Source: an uncultured bacterium
GTDB lineage: Bacteria; Armatimonadota; Abditibacteriia; Abditibacteriales; Abditibacteriaceae
Reading direction: 5' to 3'
Assembly (NCBI GenBank): GCA_963843795.1
Contig: CAWJLW010000006.1
Coordinates: 2,356,001-2,420,000 of the forward strand
DNA: 64,000 bases
Below the pieces are notes generated by a model, which was not told the DNA's origin, searched no databases, and saw only the letters and a program-made list of their open reading frames with translations. Shown here piece by piece: positions 1 through 9,872 of this stretch. The position numbers and the translations under genes were made by a program. How positions within the stretch are numbered: position 1 is the stretch's first letter; every line of letters starts with the position of its first letter.

Positions 1-886
1 CGAACGCATCGCTCATCAAAACCGCGCAATCGCGCACATTGTTAAGCTGAAAACTCTGCACGCTGCGCATTCCCACACCGCGCCGGGAAGAACGCTGTCC
101 GGGCGCGACCACCATCACAGTCGGCGGAACATCAAAACTCACATTGTAATCGCTCATTTGCGCATACGCCACGTCTCCCAAACCTTCGGGCGCCTCATCA
201 ATCCAGCGCCCGTTTTGGCGCATCGCCAGCGTCGGATACCAGAACGCGCCCAGGCTCAGAACCTCGCTGCCATAAGAATACAAACCGTAATCGACATTTT
301 TCGGCTTGGCGGTTTCGGTTGTCGGCATTCCCAGCAAACCGCCAACATCGCTGCTTAGGCCGCCCATCATTTCCATGATGCCGCCGCTGCCTTCGGGCGC
401 GCGCGGAACGACGCCGTGCCATTTCAGATGCAACGTGACCGGTGAATTCTGCGCGTTCGTCCAACTGGTGCGCAAAACTGCGCCCTCTAATTTCCAGTTG
501 ACCGATTGCCCATTTATTTCCACGCTATCAATCGCCACGTTCAAGCGCTTGTCATCGGCGCCGCCAACGCCGCCCGCATTAGCGAAGACGAAAAAAACCG
601 CATCGCGCAGGTTTTCGCCATTGGTCGGAACCGTGATGTCGCCCTCGGCGCGAAACGTCATCAGTTGCCAATCGATGGTCGCGCGCATTTGATAGTTGGG
701 CCGCACGTTTTGCGTTTGTCCGGTCACGATAGTAGAAAGTTCTCGCAACAGCGGTACGCTCGCCACGCTCGCGCTGATAGTACGCACGCCAGTCGCGCCG
801 CTAACGACCTGATTCACCGCGTATAACGGAGCGGCGACAACGACCAAAGCGAGCGCGGCACGCCCGAAAAGAGGAACAGTTTTCAT
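1..886 (-). CDS. Secreted M1-family metallopeptidase-like protein, N-terminal part (runs off the window edge)
   Basis: Hand-translated from ATG at 886, open to base 1: MKTVPLFGRAALALVVVAAP (signal-like)...LGAFWYPTLA...GDVAYAQMSDYNVSFDVP...NNVRDCAV, resembling M1 N-terminal regions. The HEXXH motif lies outside the window. Not in the ORF track because it has no stop. Confidence 0.6.
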   Translation of the reverse strand, partial: MKTVPLFGRAALALVVVAAPLYAVNQVVSGATGVRTISASVASVPLLRELSTIVTGQTQNVRPNYQMRATIDWQLMTFRAEGDITVPTNGENLRDAVFFVFANAGGVGGADDKRLNVAIDSVEINGQSVNWKLEGAVLRTSWTNAQNSPVTLHLKWHGVVPRAPEGSGGIMEMMGGLSSDVGGLLGMPTTETAKPKNVDYGLYSYGSEVLSLGAFWYPTLAMRQNGRWIDEAPEGLGDVAYAQMSDYNVSFDVPPTVMVVAPGQRSSRRGVGMRSVQSFQLNNVRDCAVLMSDAF

Positions 887-986
887 AAATTCACCGCTTA
901 AAAATGGCCTGCAAGTACTTGCAGGCGCAACTGATGGAGAATGACTTGCAAGGCAGTGCGTCCATCAATTACGAGGACAACCTATT

Positions 987-2174
987 ATGCTCAACGCTCT
1001 GATTTTCGATCTCGACGGCACTCTGCTCGACAGCAACCAATTACACGTCCAAGCCTGGCAAAACGCTTTTCACGATCACAAATTTTTCGTCACCGACGCA
1101 CGCATTGAGGCCGAAGTCGGTAAAGGCGGCGACCAATTAGTGCCTGCCATCATCGGCAAAGTCGATGACCAAACTTCACAAAAATTGCGCGATTCGTATT
1201 CGCAACACATCGAAACCATTTTGAAAACCGCGCAAATCCCCATCATTGATGGCGCGCGCGAACTTCTTCAAGAACTCAAAAACCGCGAAATTCGGTTGGC
1301 GCTGGCCACGTCTTCCAAAAGCGATTTTCTGGAACAAATGGAGCGCGCGGCGGGTTGGAAATTCCGCGAGGAATTTGAAGTCGTCACGACATCCGATGAT
1401 GCACCGAGTTCCAAGCCCGCGCCCGACATCATCAGCGCTGTCGTCGAGAAATTGCAACTTTCGCCCGCCCAATGCGCCCTTGTTGGCGACACACCTTTCG
1501 ATGCGCAAGCCGCACGTCTGGGCGGTGTCAGTTGTCTGGGTGTTTTGTCGAGCAAAATGGGCGTACAAGGCGAAGTTCTGCAAGCTGCTGGCGCGCGTGA
1601 AGTTTATGACAACTGCGCCGACATAAGGCGTCATTTGGATGCCGCTCTCCATATGGCTTCGCCACTGCAAATTTCACTTTCCACCGAAAAATTGCAAGCT
1701 TTAATGCGCGCCGCTTTGGATTGCGCGCGCGAAGGCATGAGCAATGGCGAAGTTCCGATTGGCAGCGTACTAGCGGACGGCGCGGGCGAAATTGTGGCGC
1801 GCGGCTGGAATCAAATGAATGCCACGCAATGCAAAACCGCGCACGCCGAAATGCAATGTTTTCAAGATAGTGCAGGCAAAATTGCACTTGATGCGCGCGA
1901 TTCAATTCTGGTTTCCACACTCGAACCGTGTGTGATGTGTACTGGCGCCGCTATGGAAAGCGCCGTCGAAACCATTGTTTATGCTTTGGAAGCGCCGCCC
2001 GACAGCGGTAGCGCGCGCGTCGATTGCCCGCGTTCGCCCGAAAGCCAGATGCCGCGCATTATCGGTGGTATCTTGCGCGACGAATCGCGCGAATTGTTTG
2101 TCGAGTGGTTGAACAAAAACGGCGATAGTTCGCAAGCCAAATTCGTGCGCGCGCTGCTGGAATCGGCAGATTGA
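987..2174 (+). CDS. HAD-superfamily phosphatase fused to a zinc-dependent nucleoside/CMP deaminase domain
   Basis: N-terminal DLDGTLLDS, SKPAPD and VGDT HAD motifs; C-terminal HAE...TLEPCVMC deaminase motif; GAGGA RBS upstream. Confidence 0.85.
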   Translation: MLNALIFDLDGTLLDSNQLHVQAWQNAFHDHKFFVTDARIEAEVGKGGDQLVPAIIGKVDDQTSQKLRDSYSQHIETILKTAQIPIIDGARELLQELKNREIRLALATSSKSDFLEQMERAAGWKFREEFEVVTTSDDAPSSKPAPDIISAVVEKLQLSPAQCALVGDTPFDAQAARLGGVSCLGVLSSKMGVQGEVLQAAGAREVYDNCADIRRHLDAALHMASPLQISLSTEKLQALMRAALDCAREGMSNGEVPIGSVLADGAGEIVARGWNQMNATQCKTAHAEMQCFQDSAGKIALDARDSILVSTLEPCVMCTGAAMESAVETIVYALEAPPDSGSARVDCPRSPESQMPRIIGGILRDESRELFVEWLNKNGDSSQAKFVRALLESAD

Positions 2175-2202
2175 AAGGGTGCAGACTGCTTGCACCCTAT
2201 TT

Positions 2203-2856
2203 TCACAATTTCAGCGAAAATTTCTCGCCGCGTTTGCTCAAATTTGCGCCATTGAATAAGTGAAGCCACGCAAGTTGGCGTTTGAAATCGACCAGCCACA
2301 CGCCGCCAGCGCCTTTCTCTTTGCTATCAGCAATTTTGCCAGCATTGAGATTTATTAAATTGCCAAAACGCCGAAGCATACGCTGATGAGTATGGCCGTT
2401 TATCATAAATCGGAAACGGTTTTCGCGAATCAACTCGTTTAATTCCGTGTTCCACTGCAGGGTATATTTATCGTCATAGGGCCGTAAATCGCGCATGAAA
2501 TTTCCGCCCACGCCGTGACATTGCAATAGTTCGCCATGTGGCGTGTCCCATTGGCGCATTAGCGGCAGAGCATCGAGCCACGCACGGCCATCAGCATCGA
2601 GATCCTCAGAGTGATGCGCGTGTTCCAATTGCAATTGGAGGCCGCGCACAAACCAATCGTCATGATTACCGCGCACCGTTTGCACATTGTATTGTTGAAG
2701 CAAATCGACGCAGCGTTGCAAATTGCCCGCGCCATCGGGCACATCGCCGACGCTCAAAATCGTTTCGGCACGCTGTTTTGTCAGCCATTGCAGCGCGCTT
2801 TCCAAACGCGCGTCTTCGCCATGAATATCACCAATTATGCCCGTTAAATTTAGCAT
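2203..2856 (-). CDS. Calcineurin-like metallophosphoesterase
   Basis: DIHG, GD, GNHD and GHTH motifs; start moved to MLNLTG at 2856. Confidence 0.85.
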   Translation of the reverse strand: MLNLTGIIGDIHGEDARLESALQWLTKQRAETILSVGDVPDGAGNLQRCVDLLQQYNVQTVRGNHDDWFVRGLQLQLEHAHHSEDLDADGRAWLDALPLMRQWDTPHGELLQCHGVGGNFMRDLRPYDDKYTLQWNTELNELIRENRFRFMINGHTHQRMLRRFGNLINLNAGKIADSKEKGAGGVWLVDFKRQLAWLHLFNGANLSKRGEKFSLKL

Positions 2857-2935
2857 TGCGCTTCTCAATATCGTGATCACAAGGGCGGTGGCCGAAAATT
2901 GGCACCGCAAGTACTTGCAGGAGAATATAACGTTT

Positions 2936-4333
2936 ATGAAATTGATTTCCCAGATTCGAGAAAAGCACGCGCCTTTGGCGCTGGCCACAACCGGCATTGC
3001 CTTTCTGGTCGGCTGTCTGCCCTTACAGCAAAACACGCCCGAAGCGCAGGCGCAAGTTCAAAATCAACCGGCTCGTAACAACGCCAAAAGTAGCGCGCAG
3101 AAGCAGAATGTTTTGACCGGCGAAGCCGCGCGCGGCGATTGGACAACCGATGCGCCGGGCGTGCGGCGCTTGCTGACGCTCAAAGATTTGGATGAACCCT
3201 ACGAAACCCGTTCGGCCAATAACGGACCCAAAGTCGTTCCGCGTCCCGAAGGAGCGTGGCCGCGCGTGCCCGCAGGTTTCAAAGTCACGGCTTTTGCTGA
3301 AGATTTGAATAATCCGCGTGTAATAACGACTGCGCCCAACGGCGACATTTTCGTGGCCGAAAGCCGAGCCAATCGCGTGCGTATTTTGCGCGACCAAAAT
3401 GGCGATGGTAACGCTGAAACCAAAGAGATTTTCGTCGATGGTTTGAAACAACCTTTTGGCATCGCTTTTTATCCGCCCGGGTCGAATCCCCAATATGTTT
3501 ACGTCGCTAACACAGATTCCGTCGTGCGTTTTCCTTACAAAAACGGCGATTTGAAAGCGCGCGGCACAGGCGAAGTTGTTGTCAACGATTTGGATGGTGG
3601 TGGACGTTTGACCGGCGGCGGCCATTGGACGCGCGACGTGGTATTTTCCAAAGATGGCAAAAAAATGTTCGTTTCCATCGGTTCGAAATCGAACGTGGAT
3701 GAAAATAACGATCCGATTGAGAATCGTCGCGCGCGCATATTTCAATATTCGCCTGATGGTAAAAACGAACGCGTTTTCGCCAGTGGCATTCGTAATCCGG
3801 TCGGTTTGGCGATCAATCCGCAAACCGGCGCACTGTGGACTTCGGTGAACGAACGCGATGGACTGGGCGACCATCTGGTGCCCGATTACATCACCAGCGT
3901 GAAAGACGGCGGTTTTTACGGCTGGCCATGGTATTATCTGGGCGATAACCAAGACCCGCGCCACAAAGGTGCGCATCCTGAATTAAAGGAAAAAACCATC
4001 GTGCCCGATGTGCTGGTTCAATCGCACTCGGCTTCGCTGGATATGATTTTTTATACAGGAAAACAATTTCCCAATGCGTATCGCAACGATGCTTTCGCTG
4101 CCGAACACGGCAGTTGGAACCGCTCACGTCGCACTGGATATAAAATCATTCGTGTGCCGATGCAAGGTGGCAAAGCGACCGGCGAATACGAAGATTTCGT
4201 GACCGGATTTGTAACCGGTGATGGCGATGTATGGGGACGCCCGGTTGGCGTAACAGTCGCCAAAGACGGCGCGCTGTTGTTCAGTGACGATGGCGGCAAT
4301 TTGGTGTGGCGCGTGGCTTATACGGGCAAATAA
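2936..4333 (+). CDS. Glucose/sorbosone dehydrogenase family beta-propeller, probable lipoprotein
   Basis: GHWTR, GIRNPVG, VNERDGLGD and EHGSWNR motifs; lipobox-like FLVGC; GGAG before ATG 2936. Confidence 0.85.
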   Translation: MKLISQIREKHAPLALATTGIAFLVGCLPLQQNTPEAQAQVQNQPARNNAKSSAQKQNVLTGEAARGDWTTDAPGVRRLLTLKDLDEPYETRSANNGPKVVPRPEGAWPRVPAGFKVTAFAEDLNNPRVITTAPNGDIFVAESRANRVRILRDQNGDGNAETKEIFVDGLKQPFGIAFYPPGSNPQYVYVANTDSVVRFPYKNGDLKARGTGEVVVNDLDGGGRLTGGGHWTRDVVFSKDGKKMFVSIGSKSNVDENNDPIENRRARIFQYSPDGKNERVFASGIRNPVGLAINPQTGALWTSVNERDGLGDHLVPDYITSVKDGGFYGWPWYYLGDNQDPRHKGAHPELKEKTIVPDVLVQSHSASLDMIFYTGKQFPNAYRNDAFAAEHGSWNRSRRTGYKIIRVPMQGGKATGEYEDFVTGFVTGDGDVWGRPVGVTVAKDGALLFSDDGGNLVWRVAYTGK

Positions 4334-4345
4334 TTTTCAATTTCT

Positions 4346-4395
4346 AAAACGATAAAAGCGCGCTGCAAGTACTTGCAGTGCGCTTTTATCGTTTT
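4346..4395. terminator. 50-bp near-perfect palindrome centred on the repeat, probable bidirectional terminator
   Basis: AAAACGATAAAAGCGCGCTGCAAGT|ACTTGCAGTGCGCTTTTATCGTTTT (one mismatch), between convergent genes. Confidence 0.75.
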
Positions 4396-4414
4396 TACGG
4401 GCATTTTGTCTACA

Positions 4415-6049
4415 TTACTCAGCACCGATGCCCGCGTAAGTGCGCAATTTTTCTTCGTCGAATTTGAGCGCGGCGGCAGGTTCGGGCTTCAACAGCGATA
4501 CGATGATACCGACAATAAACGCGGCGGGCATTGAAATGAGGGCCGGACTTTTCCACGGAAACGGCGCAGCGGAAGTGGGCAATTTGTCGGCGACCGCTTG
4601 GGCTTGAAAGACATCAACCCAAACCGTGGGCGATAAAATGATGAGAACGACAGCCAAAACCAATCCCGTCACCATGCTGGCGACTGCACCGTTCGTCGTG
4701 AACTTTTTCCATAACACCGACATCAGCAGTGCCGGAAAATTGGCGCTGGCCGCTACGGAAAACGCCAGACCAACCATAAAAGCTACATTGACTGATTTGA
4801 ATGCCAGACCAAACAGAACTGCCAGAATGCCCAAGCCAATCGTGGCTCCACGCGCAACGCGCATTTCCTCTTTTTCCGCAGGCTCGCCACGACGAATGAC
4901 GCCAACATAAATATCGTGCGACAAAGCCGAAGCGCCGGCTAAAGTTAAGCCCGCAACAACCGCCAGAATCGTGGCAAAGGCCACAGCCGAAAGAAAGCCC
5001 AGAAACGCTGGGCCGCCTAAAATTTCAGCCAAGAGTAACGCCGCCGCATTGGAAGTTTTACCCAGCGTGCCTTCCTTAATGGGTGCGAGGTAATCTTTAG
5101 CAATCAGAGCGGCCGCGCCGTAACCGATGGTGAAAGTCAAAACGTAAAAATAACCGATGAAACCAGTTGCATAAAAAACCGATTTGCGCGCTTCACGAGC
5201 GTCGGGCACGGTGTAGAAACGCATTAAGATATGCGGCAAACCCGCAGTGCCAAACATCAATGAAATTGACAAAGAAAGCACGTCCCATGGCGAAGTTGCG
5301 ACAGCTTTAGTGATATCGGGCTGTAAAAGTTTGGCGCCTTCGCCACCCGAAGAAGCAGCGACTGCGGCGAAAAGATTGTTGTAACTCCAACCGTAGTGAC
5401 TGAGTACCATCAGTACCAAAATTGTCGCGCCGCCCAGAAGCAGCACGGCCTTGATAATTTGCACCCATGTCGTCGCCAGCATACCACCAAAAATGACGTA
5501 AGCGATCATCAAAGCGCCCACCACGAGAAGCGCAACCTGATAATCCAACCCGAACATCAGCTTCACCAAACTGCCCGCGCCCACCATTTGCGCGGTGAGA
5601 TACAGCAAAACTGTTGTCAGCGAACCAATGGCGGCCATAGTACGAATGGGACGAACCTGCAGGCGATAAGCGACCACATCGGCGAAGGTATATTTGCCCA
5701 GATTGCGCAGCGGTTCGGCGACCAAAAACATTACAATCGGCCAGCCCACCAAATAACCCACCGAATAAATCAGCCCGTTATAGCCGCCGGTCGCGACCAA
5801 ACCCGCGATGCCAAGGAAACTGGCCGCACTCATATAATCGCCAGCCAGCGCCAAGCCGTTTTGAAATCCGGAAATCGAGCGATCAGCCGCATAAAACTCG
5901 CTCGCCGATTTGGTTTTCTTCGCGGCCCAGTAGGTGATGCCCAAAGTGACCAGAACGAAACCGAAAAAGAAAGCGATAGCAATCGGATGCGGCTTGCCAA
6001 TTGTGGTTTGCAGGGCAGATTGCGCGGCGGCGGGTGCAGATGGTGGCAT
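4415..6049 (-). CDS. actP: Cation/acetate symporter (SSS family)
   Basis: NGLALAGDYMSAASFLG and FGTAGLPHILMRFYTVP signatures; many TM helices; downstream of DUF485. Confidence 0.9.
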   Translation of the reverse strand: MPPSAPAAAQSALQTTIGKPHPIAIAFFFGFVLVTLGITYWAAKKTKSASEFYAADRSISGFQNGLALAGDYMSAASFLGIAGLVATGGYNGLIYSVGYLVGWPIVMFLVAEPLRNLGKYTFADVVAYRLQVRPIRTMAAIGSLTTVLLYLTAQMVGAGSLVKLMFGLDYQVALLVVGALMIAYVIFGGMLATTWVQIIKAVLLLGGATILVLMVLSHYGWSYNNLFAAVAASSGGEGAKLLQPDITKAVATSPWDVLSLSISLMFGTAGLPHILMRFYTVPDAREARKSVFYATGFIGYFYVLTFTIGYGAAALIAKDYLAPIKEGTLGKTSNAAALLLAEILGGPAFLGFLSAVAFATILAVVAGLTLAGASALSHDIYVGVIRRGEPAEKEEMRVARGATIGLGILAVLFGLAFKSVNVAFMVGLAFSVAASANFPALLMSVLWKKFTTNGAVASMVTGLVLAVVLIILSPTVWVDVFQAQAVADKLPTSAAPFPWKSPALISMPAAFIVGIIVSLLKPEPAAALKFDEEKLRTYAGIGAE

Positions 6050-6114
6050 GAATTCTCCGTGAATGCGATGAAAGTTGTTTGCTGACGAGCTTCAAGTCTT
6101 GCTTCAGATTTAGT

Positions 6115-6429
6115 TCAGGCTTCGTATTTGGCTTTAAATTGCGCGATCAGGGCATCGTAAGTGTTGTTCGCCCAGCGCACATAAATTCCGGTAAGCACCC
6201 ACGCCACAATAATCACACCGATGCCGATGGGAATTCCCAGAGTCGCATTGCCTATTGGAGCGGCGAGTACGTCGCGGCCAAAGGCCAGCAATAGAACAAA
6301 CCCGAAATAAAACACCAGCATGGCAATGGTCAGAGTGGTGGAAATCGCATTTTTGCGCTTCACCAATTGTTGAAATTCGGGGTCGTTGAGAATTTTGTCA
6401 CGGGCGTGATGAATATTGTCCTGGCTCAT
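6115..6429 (-). CDS. yjcH: DUF485 inner-membrane protein, partner of ActP
   Basis: Two TM segments; IYVRWAN..YD motif; immediately upstream of actP. Confidence 0.85.
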   Translation of the reverse strand: MSQDNIHHARDKILNDPEFQQLVKRKNAISTTLTIAMLVFYFGFVLLLAFGRDVLAAPIGNATLGIPIGIGVIIVAWVLTGIYVRWANNTYDALIAQFKAKYEA

Positions 6430-6635
6430 GCGGCCTCCAAAATGCTTTAATAAGGAAATTCGTTACTTTCTTATCACAAAACCCTTATTACTGAAAGTCA
6501 CGTCTTTGAAAACACGCCTCTCCTGATGTGCCATGCGGATCGCTAACGCGAAGTGAAACAAAAAGCGCGCTGCAAGTACTTGCAGCGCCCGAAAAGTCAT
6601 TCAAAGCGCGCCTTTGCTAAACTGCGCCCGCTTTT

Positions 6636-7637
6636 ATGGAGATTGAAAACACACTTTCGCAACTCGAGTCCGATGCCGTTTCGCGCATCGACGCTACTAC
6701 CGACCGCGCACAATTGGACGAAGTGCGGCGCTCGTTGCTGGGCAAAAAAGGCGAACTGACGCTGCTTTTGCGCACGTTGGGAAAAATGGAAGCTTCGCAA
6801 CGCGCGGCTGCCGGACAATCCATCAACGCTGCTAAAACGCGCGTCGAAAGCGCTATCACTGCGCGTGACAGCGAAATTTTGAACGCTGCGCGCGATAAAG
6901 AACTGGTCGCCGAAGCGATTGATGTCACACTTCCCGCCGCGCCTTTACCATTTGGGCGGCGCCATCCGTTAATGCAAACGTGGGATGACATCGTGCGCAT
7001 CTTTGGTTTGCTCGGTTACAGCGTAGTGAGCGGGCCGGAAGTCGAAACCGAATATTACAATTTCGATGCGCTCAATATCGGTCCCGATCATCCGGCGCGC
7101 GACGAACGCGATTCGCTGTTTGTCGGTAACGGTTTGGTGATGCGCACGGAAACTTCAGCGGTGCAGATTCGCGTGATGGAAAACCGCGAACCGCCGCTGC
7201 AAATCATCGCGCCGGGCCGCGTTTATCGGCGCGATGCCGTTGACCGCACGCACTCGGCGATTTTTCATCAAGTCGAAGGTTTGCTGGTGGGAGAAAACGT
7301 CACATTCGGCGACCTCAAAGGCACGCTTTCGACGTTTTTGCAGCAGTTGTTCGATGCCGCGCCCGGCGGCGCGTTGCAGACGCGCTTTCGCCCGCACTTT
7401 TTCCCGTTCACCGAACCATCGGCGGAATTCGATGTGTGGTTTGGCGAACGCTGGCTCGAACTGGGCGGCTGTGGCATGGTGCATCCGACTGTATTGGAAA
7501 ATGTCGGCTACGATTCCGAAAAATACACCGGCTTCGCCTTTGGCTTTGGCATCGAGCGCATGGCGATGATTAAATTTGGCATCGACGATCTGCGCGCGTT
7601 TTACGAAAACGATTGGCGCTTCCTGTCCCAATTCTAA
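6636..7637 (+). CDS. pheS: Phenylalanine--tRNA ligase alpha subunit
   Basis: NFDALN..DHPARD, FHQVEGL, FPFTEPS and GFAFGFGIERMAM motifs. Confidence 0.97.
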   Translation: MEIENTLSQLESDAVSRIDATTDRAQLDEVRRSLLGKKGELTLLLRTLGKMEASQRAAAGQSINAAKTRVESAITARDSEILNAARDKELVAEAIDVTLPAAPLPFGRRHPLMQTWDDIVRIFGLLGYSVVSGPEVETEYYNFDALNIGPDHPARDERDSLFVGNGLVMRTETSAVQIRVMENREPPLQIIAPGRVYRRDAVDRTHSAIFHQVEGLLVGENVTFGDLKGTLSTFLQQLFDAAPGGALQTRFRPHFFPFTEPSAEFDVWFGERWLELGGCGMVHPTVLENVGYDSEKYTGFAFGFGIERMAMIKFGIDDLRAFYENDWRFLSQF

Positions 7638-7643
7638 ACTTAA

Positions 7644-7759
7644 TTCACCGCAAAGGACACGAAGTTCGCAAAGGGAAAAGGAAAGGAAAAAGGCTCTGCA
7701 AGTACTTGCAGAATGATTTCTCGGAAAAGCTTTGCGAACTTCGTGTCCTTTGCGGTGAA
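7644..7759. repeat. REP/MITE-like element: perfect 30-bp inverted repeats enclosing the palindrome
   Basis: TTCACCGCAAAGGACACGAAGTTCGCAAAG (7644-7673) and its exact reverse complement (7730-7759); core palindrome at 7699. Confidence 0.85.
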
Positions 7760-7769
7760 CTTTTAAATT

Positions 7770-9830
7770 ATGCGAATTTCCAACGAATGGCTGCGCGATT
7801 TCGTCGAACTGCCCGACCAACGCGAGCTGGATAACACCTTTGAAATGGCCGGTCTGGGCGTTGAGAATTACTTCGACGACGTATGGAGCCTGGAAGTCAC
7901 TTCCAATCGCGGCGATTGCCTGAGTGCCATTGGTCTGGCACGCGAAATTTCCGCCATGACCGGGTCACGTCTGCGTTTGCCCACTCTCGAAGTTGAAGAA
8001 AACGGGCCGGATATCGCCGGTCGCGTACAAATCGAAATCGAAAATCCCGACGATTGCACCAATTATGTGGCGCGCTTGTTTGAAATCGAACTCGGCCCAT
8101 CGCCCGACTGGATGCAGCAGCGTTTAATTGAATGCGGAATGCGCCCAATTAACAACGTGGTTGACATCACTAACTACGTCATGCTCGAAACCGGGCAACC
8201 GCTGCACGCTTTCGACGCCGCGCAAGTACTTGCAGCCGATGGTACGCATCGCATCGTGGTGCGGCGCGCGCGCGAAGGCGAAGCACTGGAAACTTTGGAT
8301 GGCGTGACGCGCACTTTAAATGCGGAAATCTTGGTCATTGCCGATAGCGAAAAACCGATTGCGATTGCTGGCATTATGGGCGGCGCGGCTTCGGAAGTGA
8401 CTGAAAACACCACGCAAATTTTGCTCGAAAGCGCGCATTTTGCGCCCAGTCGCATACGTCGTGGCAAACGTATTTTGGGTTTGAATTCCGAAGCGGCGCG
8501 ACGTTATGAACGCCATGTCGATCCGAATAACACGCGCCGTTGTGCCGACCGCGCCGCACAACTGCTGGCTCGCTACGCCGGAGCCAAAGTCGCGCGCGGC
8601 GTGGTCGAGCGCATCGGCAAAATCATCGAAAAACCGGTTGTCACGCTGCGTCCCGAACGCTGCAATGCCGTGCTGGGATTGCATTTAAAAGTGCATGCGA
8701 TAAGCGATAGCTTGCAGCGCCTGGGCTTACAAGTCACAGGTGATGATAATTTGCTCAGCGTCACCGTTCCGACGTGGCGGGGCGACATCGAGCGCGAAAT
8801 TGATTTGATCGAAGAAGTGGCGCGCATTCATGGCTACTCGCAGATTCCCAACACCTTGCCTCATAACGCCAACCCAACCGCAGGGCGTTCTTTAGCGCAA
8901 CGTTTGGAAGGCCGTGCGCGCGAAGCTTTAGGGCGCTGCGGCCTGAGCGAAATCGTGACCTATTCGCTGGAAAGCGCGGCGGGCGTTGAACGCGCGGGCA
9001 TGGATAAGACAGCGCCCGTCGTGCGTTTGCGCAACCCGCTGTCGGAAGATTACGCGCAACTGCGCACTTCAATTTTGCCGTCGCTGCTGGAAGTTTTGGG
9101 GCGCAACGCGCGCACGGCAGTGCGCTTTTTTGAGCTGGCGCGCGTTTATGAACCGCAAGTACTTGCGGCGCCCATTGATGGACACGATGCGCAGCCGTAT
9201 GAAAAACCGGTGATTGGACTGACGATGTTGAACGCGCCAACACCCGCGCACTGGCAAAAGCAAAACACCGAAATTGATTTTTACACACTTAAAGCGGTCA
9301 TCGAAACTCTGCTGCAAGCGCTGGGTGCGCCGCGTGGCGAATGGCTTGGTGAAAGTCGCGCGCCATTTCATCCCGGACGTTGCGCGACGCTTCAAGTCAA
9401 CGGGCAGGAAATTGGCGTTATGGGCGAGGTGCATCCCGCCATTGCGGAGAATTATGATTTGCAAGGCCGCGCCTATTTAGCGGAACTCGATTTCGACGCG
9501 CTAATTCGCCATGTGAGCATCGATCAAAACGTGCAGCCAATTGCGCGTTTCCCGGTCGCCGACCGCGACATTGCCTTGGTTTTGCGCCGCGATTTGCCGG
9601 CCTCGCAAGTCGAAACCACAGTGCGCGCAGCGGCGGGCGAACTGTTGGAATCGGCGCGTGTGTTCGATGTTTACACCGGTCCGCCGATGGGCGAAAACGA
9701 AAAAAGTCTGGCGATTGCCCTGAAATTCCGCGCACCAAATCGCACCTTGACCGATGACGAAGTCGAAGCCGCGATGGCGCGCATTCGGGAAGCCGCGAAT
9801 GCTCATCTGAACGCACAAATTCGCAGTTGA
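7770..9830 (+). CDS. pheT: Phenylalanine--tRNA ligase beta subunit (short form)
   Basis: VTSNRGDCLS, INNVVDITNYVMLETGQPLHAFD and DLIEEVARIHGY motifs; C-terminal FDX-ACB domain; follows pheS. Confidence 0.95.
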   Translation: MRISNEWLRDFVELPDQRELDNTFEMAGLGVENYFDDVWSLEVTSNRGDCLSAIGLAREISAMTGSRLRLPTLEVEENGPDIAGRVQIEIENPDDCTNYVARLFEIELGPSPDWMQQRLIECGMRPINNVVDITNYVMLETGQPLHAFDAAQVLAADGTHRIVVRRAREGEALETLDGVTRTLNAEILVIADSEKPIAIAGIMGGAASEVTENTTQILLESAHFAPSRIRRGKRILGLNSEAARRYERHVDPNNTRRCADRAAQLLARYAGAKVARGVVERIGKIIEKPVVTLRPERCNAVLGLHLKVHAISDSLQRLGLQVTGDDNLLSVTVPTWRGDIEREIDLIEEVARIHGYSQIPNTLPHNANPTAGRSLAQRLEGRAREALGRCGLSEIVTYSLESAAGVERAGMDKTAPVVRLRNPLSEDYAQLRTSILPSLLEVLGRNARTAVRFFELARVYEPQVLAAPIDGHDAQPYEKPVIGLTMLNAPTPAHWQKQNTEIDFYTLKAVIETLLQALGAPRGEWLGESRAPFHPGRCATLQVNGQEIGVMGEVHPAIAENYDLQGRAYLAELDFDALIRHVSIDQNVQPIARFPVADRDIALVLRRDLPASQVETTVRAAAGELLESARVFDVYTGPPMGENEKSLAIALKFRAPNRTLTDDEVEAAMARIREAANAHLNAQIRS

Positions 9831-9872
9831 ACCACGCTGCAAGTACTTGCAGCATTGGTTTCTCGGTACTTT

